Below are positions 1 through 10,000 of a stretch of 26,202 nt of DNA, piece by piece. The notes under the pieces were generated by a model. That model was given only the letters and a program-made list of their open reading frames with translations, did no database searches and was not told the DNA's origin. Both the position numbers and the translations under genes were made by a program. Source of the DNA: Phycisphaeraceae bacterium. GTDB taxonomy: Bacteria > Planctomycetota > Phycisphaerae > Phycisphaerales > Zrk34. The first letter of the stretch is position 1, and each line of letters starts with the position of its first letter. The DNA lies in the NCBI GenBank assembly GCA_040905565.1, contig JBBDRF010000014.1:29872-56073 (forward strand). The letters are read 5' to 3'.

Positions 1-61
1 CGGCGTAGCCGGGACGCCCGCCGACCGCCGCCGCTCCGCCGCCAGTTCCGCACCACTCGGC

Positions 62-376
62 TCAACGTCTGCTATTCCAACCTTCTGACGATGATGGCTC
101 ATTGAAAATACTCCCAAGAGAAACGCTCGCACCGACGCCACCCGCCGTTCGTGGGTGACACGGACGGCCCGACGCGGTCCGCTGGCGGCGGTTCGTCGGG
201 GCCCGCGGCATCGGCTCGCCCCCCACCCAGGTTGTCCGAGCGGAGGCTTGCCGAGCCTGCGTTGAGCATGGAAACCCGCCATCCGAAGCCGATGCGGACG
301 GCCCACGTCGCCGACGCCTACCCAACGAACCGCCGCCAGCGGCCCGGAGCATATGCACGCACGCGCCGCCGCTCAT
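62..376 (-). CDS. Possible small hypothetical protein (104 aa, MSGGACVHM...) in the end of a putative integrated element
   Basis: ATG at 376 overlaps the TGA of the upstream ORF (ATGA at 373-376), after a purine-rich GGGAAGGGG. The product is low-complexity (G/R/S/A) with no recognisable motif, so it may be non-coding. Confidence 0.25.
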   Translation of the reverse strand: MSGGACVHMLRAAGGGSLGRRRRRGPSASASDGGFPCSTQARQASARTTWVGGEPMPRAPTNRRQRTASGRPCHPRTAGGVGASVSLGSIFNEPSSSEGWNSRR

Positions 377-672
377 CGCTGCCCCTTCCCGATGCACGTC
401 CCGCGTGCAAATCGGTTGGCAACGTGACGAGCTTGGCCGATGCGTCCCGCCTTCACTTCCCATAGCCTTTTGTGGTGACGCTGGCGTTTCGCGCTCATCG
501 CGTGATCGGAGATGCGCACACATGCCGTTGGCCGTCGATCATGAGACGCCGACAAGTAGACGCTGCGACCGTCACGGCTCGCATAGAGTTTTTTCACACG
601 CCAGCCGCCCGCCAAGATCGCATCCCGTAAGATCGGCCACGCTTCCCGCTCGAACCATTCAACCGTCCGCAT
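373..672 (-). CDS. Small basic hypothetical protein (99 aa, MRTVEWFERE...) with SVYL...VRISDH motif, mobile-element-like
   Basis: ATG at 672 preceded by GAAGGGAG (SD-like). Protein-like composition with alternating hydrophobic strands. Overlaps the stop of the ORF ending at 659. Confidence 0.6.
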   Translation of the reverse strand: MRTVEWFEREAWPILRDAILAGGWRVKKLYASRDGRSVYLSASHDRRPTACVRISDHAMSAKRQRHHKRLWEVKAGRIGQARHVANRFARGTCIGKGQR

Positions 673-847
673 CGCCGCTCCCTTCGACGAGGCGCAGCAC
701 CGCACGACGCACCCGGTCCGGGAGCGTTGGCCATGCGGCAATGACGCGGTTAAGCGATGCATCGCGTGTGTCTATCTGTGTGTCACCCCCCGCTGACGGT
801 GCCATGAAGGCCGTTTTTCCGGTGGGTTCAAGTCCCACCTCCGGCAT
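659..847 (-). pseudogene. Short reading frame crossing the tRNA fragment (MPEVGLEPT...DASLNRVIAAWPTLPDRVRRAVLRLVEG); possible detached C-terminal tail of an integrase
   Basis: PEVGLEPT is the antisense translation of the tRNA T-arm. The VIAAWPTLP..VR.AVL.LV helix resembles tails I recall on planctomycete tyrosine integrases (recall, not searched). Confidence 0.4.
822..846 (+). mobile_element. Isolated tRNA 3' fragment (T-arm, acceptor 3' strand, discriminator); probable attR of a tRNA-integrated element lying to the left
   Basis: GTGGG-TTCAAGT-CCCAC is a perfect T stem-loop, followed by CTCCGGC-A. No matching 5' acceptor strand, D-arm or anticodon arm upstream. A GCCGGAG-type acceptor would fit tRNA-Leu (inference). 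Confidence 0.7.
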
Positions 848-969
848 TTCCCCTTGTGACACCCCCTTCACCACCGCGATCACCATGATCTGCCATGGCG
901 GTCGCCGCTGCGCTGTTGCCACTGAGCACGCATCAGCCAACGGCACCATTCCGCCGCGCCCAAGCCAAC

Positions 970-1004
970 AAAAAAAACGGGCCGCCTTTGTGGGGCGACC
1001 CGTT
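970..1004 (-). terminator. Rho-independent terminator of the giant gene
   Basis: Minus strand reads AACGGGTCGCC-CCACAAA-GGCGGCCCGTT (11-bp stem, one G-U) running into a T8 tract, ~27 nt after the stop at 1031. Confidence 0.85.
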
Positions 1005-1030
1005 CGTTAGCTGATGTTTTACGACGCTTA

Positions 1031-4000
1031 TCAGGATTGGCTGCCGAGCCAACGCAGGAGCTGGTCGACGTGGTCGATCTGCCCCATCGGGAACTCTCCG
1101 AGGGGGACGTCGGCCGTACCAAATCTCGAGAGAGCAGCCACCAGTTCGCCCGGCATGGACGTCGGGCCGGAGCCCATCGTGCTGGTGCCCAAGTTCCACG
1201 AGGGGTCATCCTCGCGATCGTTGGTGACCGAATCGTGCGAAAGCAGGTTAGCGGCGCTGCCATGGTGGTTGAGACCAAGCACGTGGCCGAGCTCGTGAGC
1301 GATGACATTGGACAGTGCTCGCGAGTATTCATTGAGCTTGTCGGCCGTATCGTTCGCCAGTGACAGCCCACTAAAGGTCTGGGTCGGAATGACCGCGTCG
1401 AGCCCCTTGTCCATGTTTGCCACGCCGATGTCTTGGGCGAGGCCGTAGTAGCGGGGCGTTTGTGGCATGTCGGCCTCGCCGACGAAGATCGTGGTGAAGT
1501 CGACGCCGGCTTGCATGCCCGTGTACGTTTCGGGGTCGAGCACGGTGAAGAAGATCCCCGAGTCCGCATTATCGTAGACGCTGAAGTCCGCGGCACTCTC
1601 GATCAACTGGACGTTGAGCTGGCCGAGGGGATGATCTTCGGGCGTGTCGCGGTAGATCTCGAGGATGTTGGGCATGATGCCGTTGATCGCCACGTTCTGG
1701 AACGCCCCGCCATGGATGAGCGTCTGGTCGAGAGTGGGGATGCCGTCGACCGTAGGATCCCCGGAGATACCGGCGAAACTGGCATCGAGCAAGGTGGAAT
1801 CAAAGCTGGCAAACTCAGTATCCGCGACCGTACCGTCGCCGTTGAGGTCCATGCGGGTGGACATGCCACCATCGAAGTTCACGTAGACCAGCTGACGCGG
1901 GTCGTTGTAGCCAAGCTCGTTGCCCCGCGTGTTGTTCGGATCGGTCTGATCCTGAAGGACATTGGAGATGTACCCGAGCTGCGCGTCCTCCGGCATCGTC
2001 GAGATCTGGCCGTCGTCGTTACCGTCGAGCATGTCGTCGGTGCTGGCCATGTTCAGCGTGAGGGTGTAGTTCGGGCTTCCACCGCTGGCAGCCGGGCCGA
2101 GGTTAAGCGGGGAGACGACGATGAAGAAGTCCAGATCGTGCTCCTGACGCCCGTCCTCGTTGGCGGCATCCAGCAGGCCGTCGCTGCCGAGGAGGTCCAG
2201 ATCGGAACCCATCGCCGCTTCGAGCGACGGCAGTTCCACAGCCTGGAAGGCGGAGTTATCCAGGCCGAACTCGTAACGGGTCAGCAGCTCGAAGGTGTCC
2301 TCCACCAAGGCGACGGCGTAAGGATCGTCCGGATCGAAGTCAGGGTCGAACGGATCGGCTAGCTCGGTGTAGAAGAAGGAATCGGGATCGCCCTGATGAT
2401 CGCGAAGGAAGAGGCCCATCGAAACGGGCACGTCGGCCTGGAGATCGACGGAGAAGAAGTCGTACGCGTTGGCGTTGAAGTGGTAGACATCCGAGTCGCT
2501 GGGCCCCATGAAGGCGCTGCTGATGTTGACGGTGGAGAAGTCTTCACCGTCTTCGAGGGCGTCCATGAACGGGCCAGCTTCGAGCGCTTCCTCGAAGTCG
2601 TTGGCGACATCGGAGCCGATGAATTCGGTATCGTCCTCGTCGATCTGGATGAAATCAGGAGCGTAGAGGGCCTGGATGAAGCGGGCGAGGCCGCCTTCGG
2701 TGCCGTTGTTGTCGCCGTCGAGGATGGTGCCGTAGGGGTCCATCTCGAAGCTTGTCACCGCTTCACCACCGAATGCGGCTTCCAGCGTGTGCCCGCCGTC
2801 GTTGGTGGGATTTCGGAAGATGGACCGGCCGCCCGAGCTGTCGAAGACTGCGGGAACGGTGCCGTCGCCGCCGCCTGAGAGATCGACCTGCAGCTGTTCG
2901 TTGGTGAAGCCGCCTGGCTGGCTGATGGTCAGCACGCCGTGGGTGTTACCACTTCCGTCGGTCTCGAGATGATAGACGAGTTCAACGTCGTTAAGGATTT
3001 CCTGCGTTTCGAAGTCACGCACCGTCACCGTGCCGAGCACGTCATTCAGGTCGGTGACGTTTCCGTTGCCGTTGTGGTCCTGACTCAGCACGAGCGAGCC
3101 CGTGTTGATCGTTTCGCTGAAGACGATCTGGAACTTGCCGTCGTCGACAATGGAGACGCTATCGACGCGGGGGGCGCCGACGGCGTCGCTGTAGACACGA
3201 GCCGAGGCGTTCGTGTTGAACTTGAAGGTTTCGCTGCCGTTGAGGCGACCGATGCCGTCGGCGGCGGCAAGGACGCTGTCGCGGGCGATGTTGTCGCCTT
3301 CGACATTCGCGCTCCCGCTGGAGAGGACCTGACCGTTGACGTTCAGGCTGCCGATGGTGCTGGTCAGCAGGCCACCCGCCTCCGCATCGTCAACATAGGT
3401 CGCGGCACGGTTGGGGCGGTCCAGTTCGTAGCCGACGTACGCACGGGTATTGTCGACGAGGTTCGGGCTACCGGCGGCGACGGCGTTGTTCATGCTCGGC
3501 AAAACGCCGGCGGCGAAGACACTGCCGACCATGTTACCGCGGACCATTGCCCGACCGATCGAGCCGCCGAAGATCACGTCGTCGGCGGTGTTGTAGACGC
3601 GGTCACTGCCGAGCGAGACGCCCGAGCTGATGACCGAGTCGGTCATGTTGTTCACCTGGATCATGCCCAGTTCGGTGCCGGCTGCGATGAGGCCGCGGTC
3701 AACGTCGTTGAAGCGGGCCGAGCGGATATCCAGATTGCCCGCCAGCGTGCCCTCGTGGGTGCCGCCGACGTTCACGTTGTTGATTGAGCCGTCGACATAG
3801 ATGCTCGATCCGCTGGCCGTGCCTTCGCGGATCTGGAGCATGTTCATGTCGCCATCGACTTGAATGTCGGCGTCGCTGCCGAGGTCACCCCGCAGGCTGA
3901 AGCGGTTAAGCGAGCCGGCGTGCAGTTCGCCGTTGAAGCTGCTGTTGATCGACAGCGAGGAAAGGTCGTTGGCCACGGTGATGGAGGCACCATCGAGCAC

Positions 4001-7000
4001 GTCACCGTGGATGTCGAGACGGTTGACGTTCCGGGCAATGAGCACACCATCGAAGCTGGCGTCGTCGCCGCTGACACGGAGGCTGTTGAGGTCATCGCTG
4101 ACGAAGATGGTCGAGCCCGGCAGCACGCTTCCGTCGACATTGATGGAATTCACATCACGCCATGCCTGGAGGCTGCCACCAAAGTCGCCGTCGATGTTCA
4201 TGCTGCGGATTTCACCGGCTGAGACGATCGAGCCGGTGAAGTTGCCGTCGACGCTGACGTTGCTGAAGCCGCCGAGTCCAGTTGCCACGAGCCTGCCATC
4301 GAAGTCCCGCGGCATGTCGGGGTCGTTCGGCGTGGGCACCGTGATCTGCACACGATTGAAGCTGGAAGCGGTGATGCCGCCGAGCGCGGTTTCGCTTGCA
4401 TCAAGGAACTCGCCGAAGACGGCGTTCGGTGCAGTGGTGGTGCCGAGCATTCGGCCGTTGATCGCGTCGTAGGCCATGTCCGCGATGCGAGCGGCATTGA
4501 TGGTACCGGTCTCACCGGTCGCGCTGGCGGTGACGAGCCCGTTGGCTGCACTGCCGAGGTTGATCCGCACGATGTTGTTGAAGCGGGCGTCGACACCGAT
4601 GAGTTGTCCGGCGTCGGCATCAAACTCAATGCTCTTGATGTCCAGGTCGCCGTCGCCCGCATCGGAGACCACCTGGCCGAACTCCTGCACAAAACGCCCT
4701 TCATCGGCGGTGTGGGCGAAGATGCGGCCGTCGGTGGTGACGGTGTAAACAAGGTTGTTCGCTTCATCGACGGTGATGTCGGCCACGCTGCTGCCGAGCA
4801 GCTTGCCGTCCGCATCGAGCAGCGGCAGTGCCTGGAGGAAGCGATAATCGGCGTTGAGATCGTTGACATCGATCTGGCCAAGCACCGGCGCGTTCTGCAC
4901 GCCCGGGCTGGCGTAGAACGTGCCGCCGACGCCTGCGGTCAGGTCGTAAGCGTAGGTATCGGCGGGGTCACCGCTGATGTCGACCGCGAACGCGTTGAGG
5001 CTGGAATCGAGGATCTGACGAACCGAGATGTGGACAACGTCGGTGCCGTCGGCCGGATTGATGGAGATGATCTCGTTGCCGTCGACCGTGCGGTTCATCG
5101 CGAGGATACGGCCTTGGTCGTCGAAGCCGATGCCGAGGATGTCGGTATCCGCCCCATCGGGCAGTTCAACCCCGAACAGGTCCGTCGTCTGCAGCCCGTT
5201 GCTGACGGTGTTGGTCAGGTCGATCTCAATGAGTCGATCTTCGCCGCCGACCTTCTGGATGGCGTGCACGATGCCGTTGGACGCGACCGCGAGGCCGCCG
5301 AACTCGTCGGTGATGGGCGTCACGGTTTCGGGATCGGCACCGGCATCGAGCAACGCGGGCAGGCTGCTGCCCGTGACGCCGGGGTTGACCGCTCGGAGGA
5401 GGCCGTCGCCGACCGCTGTGAAATCGATTTGTGCCAGGGCGGCACCATCATCGAAGTGGTTCAACGTGCCGCCACCGTCGCGATCGCTGAGCAGGGCGTA
5501 CAGCGTGCCGCCGCCTTCGGGGCGGCTGAAGTCGACCATCGGCGAGAAGGCGATGTGGTCGACGCTGTTGAAGTAACGGTTGCCGGTGTCGCTGGCGGTG
5601 AATTCGCCGACGACGCTGGTGGCGCCGGTGTCGGGGTTGATCTGCACGAGGCGATCGGGCACCGCGTTGAAGCCGTAGAGCTGCGTTCCGCCGGCGTCGT
5701 TGCGAACGCCGAGCACCTGGTCGCCTTGAGCGGCACCGCCGAGGGCGTAGATGGCATCGGGGTCAGCGTCACTTGCACCCGGGCGGCTGTAGTAAACGCT
5801 GTCGGTGGGGTCATCCAGATCGACCAGGATGCGATGGGTCTGACCGTCGGCATTGTTCTGGGCGATCAGGCGGCCGTCGCTGTCGAAGCTGATGCCTCGC
5901 ACGTTGGTGTTCAGCCCGTCGATCTCGATGAGGCCGAGGTCGGCGGCACCGACGGTCTGGCCGTTCTCATCGCGATCGAGTCGGAACAGGCGTGTGGCAT
6001 CGCGTGCAAGACCGTCAACATCGTCCGCAACCACGTAGAGCGTGCGCTCGGTGGGGTCGCTTTGGCTGGTCCGGAACGCCATGCCGTGGATGTTGCCAGG
6101 AATCGTGAACTCGGGGTCTTCCTGCTCAGCCGAGAGGCCGGAGATGTAGACGGTGGAGTCCAGATCGGCGTCGCTGGTGTCGCCGATGATGAACATCAGT
6201 TCGTTGTCGGTGGCGTTGAGATGTTCAACACCGACGGCGAAGCGGAGCAGCGGCGTGCCATCGGGGGCGATGACAGCATTGAGCTGCGTTCCGGGAATTT
6301 CGGCCATCGCGGAGTTGTTGACGTTCAGCGGCTCCAGTTCGCCGTCGACTTCCACTTCCGCGACGTTCTCGCCGTTGATGAAGATGCCGAACGCGTCGAT
6401 CAACTGTGAGTCGACGAAGTCGGGGTACTCCATCGAGCCCCATGCGACGTCAAAGTAGACCGTGTCGAAACCGGCTTGCAGATCAAAGTTGACGGTCAGG
6501 GCGCTGACGTCAAAGAAGTCGGCGTCAGTGAAGCCGGAGACTTCGGCCAGCCTTGAGTAGTAGGTGAAATCGTCGATCGGGTCGATCGGCTCGTCGGAAA
6601 AGGCCGTTCCGACGTGCGTGTTGTCGATCTCGAACGGCGCATCTTCGTAGTCGCGGACGTCGCCGGTGCTGAGGACGACACCGTTGCCGATGCCGTAGAT
6701 GCCGGCGGTGTTGTTGTAGACACCGGTCGAGCGGGCGCCGGTGGCCGCGTCGAAGTGAGAATCGGCATCGATGGTGATGTTCGACAGCCCAGCAGGCGTG
6801 TCGGGCAGCAGGCCTGCCAACAAGTCGCTGCTGTTGCCGGTCGCGTTGATTTTGAGGCCGTAGGTTTCCGGATCGAACGTGAAGAGCGTGCCTTCGGACG
6901 TCGCGTCGGCGGTGTCCAGATCGACCTGGTAGAGGTACTGATCGAGGTCGCCGGCCGTTCGACCCGCCACGAGCAGGGTCTCCAGATCCGTGTCGTATTC

Positions 7001-10000
7001 CAGTGCGTTGATATCGATCACATCGTCACCGGCGACCTGGATGGTGCCCACGATGGTGGTGTCGGTGATCGATCCGTCGAATGCACGGTCCACACGGACG
7101 AGTTCGAAGTCGCCGCCCGCGGTCATGTCGACCATGTAGAACAGGTCGGTGGCGATGCTGGCGGTGCCGACGATCTGGTTGAAGGTGGTGTCAAAATCGT
7201 CGATGAAGTAGTAGCCGCTGTTTTCGACGGCGTAGATCAGGCCGTTGTCCACCGCAAGCGACTCAAGGTTGATGTGGCCATCAGCCAGCGCGCCGACGTT
7301 CACGACGGGCTGGTAGCTGTGGACTTCGGTTGTGGCGAGCAGGAGCGCGTCGTCGAAATCCATGCCGTTGAGCGTCAGCAGTTCTTCGGTGTAGCTGTCG
7401 ACGACATCGCGGGGCGAATCCAGTTCGCTGCCGTCTTCGACATCGACATGGACGAGGCCGAGCACGTCATCGTAGTAGTAGGCGTCGCCGAGCGAGTTGA
7501 GGGCGAGCTTCTGGACCGAAGCGGCCAGATCGCCGGCGGCAACCGGGGTATCGGCAAGCGTCTGCAGCAGGCTGACGCCCGAGCTGTCAGCGATGTTCAG
7601 GCTGCTGACGTCGCCACCGATCATGAACGCGCCCGAGCCCTGGGTGTGCATTTCCATCGAGCGGACGTCACCGCCGATGCGGCCCGTCCAACTCGCGTCC
7701 TGCGCCATCGCATGGAAGACGAGGTTGTTCACGTCGCCATCGAGCCAGAAATCGGCGAGCCCGTCGTTGGTCGAGCCCAGGCTGATGCCCGCCATCTCAA
7801 GCCGGCCCATCGTGGCGTTGTCGGCGGCGATGATGCGGTCGACGGTGATGTCGCCAGCATCGGCGGTGGTTTCAATCGTCAACGTGCCGCGATCGTCGGT
7901 GTCACGAAGGACAAGGGCGTCGATCGTGCCGTCGCCGTTGAGATAGACGTCGACGGCTCCGTCGCCGCGAAGGTCAATATTGACCGTCTCGCCGTTGACG
8001 GTGAGGGTCAAGGGGTTGTCGCTGTCGACGGTGTGGTCAAGATCGGCGACGAGATCGAGGTCGGGCAGAACGTCGGCGAGGTCGTAGTCGATCTGCTGGA
8101 TCGAGCCGAGGTTCGTGCCGTTGATGCGCTCGTTCTGGATGCCCGCGTCGGTGAGGATGCTCGAGTCGCCGTCGAAGCTGGCGAGATTGAGCATGCGGAT
8201 ATCGCTCTGGCCACCGGTTTGGCTGTCAATGACGCCTGCGTCGGCGAAGTCGCCGGCCGTGCCGGCATCGACACCTGCGGTGATGAAGGAGTTGACCGCG
8301 CCGGTGCCGTTGATCTGGAGGTTGTTGATTGAGCCGTGGTAGAGCGTCACGCCCGTACGGAGATCGTCACGGCCGGTGGCATCGTCCAGCGGCGAAATGC
8401 CATCGAGTAGATCGGCGATGGCGTCGGTGTCGACCACCATGCCCGCGGAGACGGACGAATCGGTCAGGCCGTCGTTAACCCGGAAGGTGCTGATGTCGCC
8501 GCCGGCTGCGATCACGGAGTTGCTCACGCTGTTGGCGCTGAAGCTGCGAAGCTCAGCCATGCGTGTGGTTTCGCGGTCGTCGCCCGTGCCGAAGGTGAGG
8601 TCGCGACCGGAGGCGGCACCGACCTGCACCATCGTGCGGTTGATGTCGCCACGGGCGCTGAAGTTGCTGAGGTCGAACGCGGTCGTGATGACCGTGTCGT
8701 GATCGGCATGACCGACGTCGCCCTGGAACTGCATCGAGCGGACTTCGCCGTTGACCGTGATCTGGCCGACCGTGTCGCCGTTGACGCGAAGGCTCGACAG
8801 GTTGCGACCGACCAGCAAGGTGGCAGGCGTGGCGTCGCCGAGCGCGTCGACGCCGAAGTTCCCGCCGACACTGAGTCGCGTGTCCGATGCGTTGGAGGTG
8901 ATCGAACCGGTGAAGTTGTTGTTGATGCTGATGTTCGTATTGCGGGACTGGTACCCGCTGGTCAGATCGCCGGCCATGTCGCCGTGAATGTTGGCGCTGC
9001 TGAGCGTCCCGGCGTTGATGGCGGCACCGGCGTCGACATTGCCTCGCACGTCCAGACGGCCAAGTTCATTGAGCACATCGATGGCTGCCGTCGAAAGGAT
9101 CGAGCCGTCCAGTCGAAGCTGACTGAGGTAGTCAGCTTCGATCGAGCCGCCGAGGTCGGAGCCGCTGATCTGGATGCGGCTGATCTCGCCGTGGTTTGCG
9201 GCCACGTCGCCGTGCAGGTCGCCGTTGCGGATGGAGATGCTTCGGATGTCGCCCATTGCGGAGCTGAGCGTATTGCCTGCGACGAAGTCGCCGTCGCGGA
9301 TGTCGAACATGTTGATGTCGCGACCGACCTGCAGGTTTGCATCGAAGTGGCCGCTGCTGACGGAGAAGCGGCTGAGGTCGCCGCTGACGTGAATGTCGCC
9401 TTCGACGAGGTTGTGATTGCTCATCACCAGTTGCGTGGGCGTGTCGGCGCCGGCGGCAATCCGGACGCTGTAGAACACGCCGTCGGCGTCGGAGCCGTAG
9501 CCGTGAACGTTCGTCGCGACGGTGTCGGCCTCGGTCACGGCGATGGACTCGGTCGGGTCGCCCACGTTGATCTGGACGATGCGATCCTCGTCAGCATCGA
9601 TCGCCATCAGCTTCATGCCGAAGCGGTCGGAGACGATGTCCATGCCCACGATGTCGGTCGCGGAGCCGTCGACTTCGATCTCGTCGATCACGGTCGTTGT
9701 GACCGCTGCCCCGGTTTGCCAGCCATCGAGTTCGACAAGCGTCGAAGCGGGGCCGCTGCCGTCATCGTCGTAAAGCACGGCGTAAAGCGTTTCGCGGCGG
9801 TCATCAAAGCTGATCGCTCGCACGGCCGGCGTCCCGGGAGCGGTGACCTGAGCGGCCTTGTCCAGCGTGCCGGCGGGTGTGAAGGCGAACATCGTCAAGT
9901 TGCCGCCGAGGCTGCTGCCGACGAGGTAGATGAGCCCGTCGTCAGGGTTGAAGTCCATCGCGTGGATTTCTTCGATGGGATCGCTGTTGCCGTCGAGCAG

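Noticed and set aside
760..846. Complete tRNA gene ending at 846
   Set aside because: No 5' acceptor strand complementary to CTCCGGC, and no D-arm or anticodon arm, at the expected distance.
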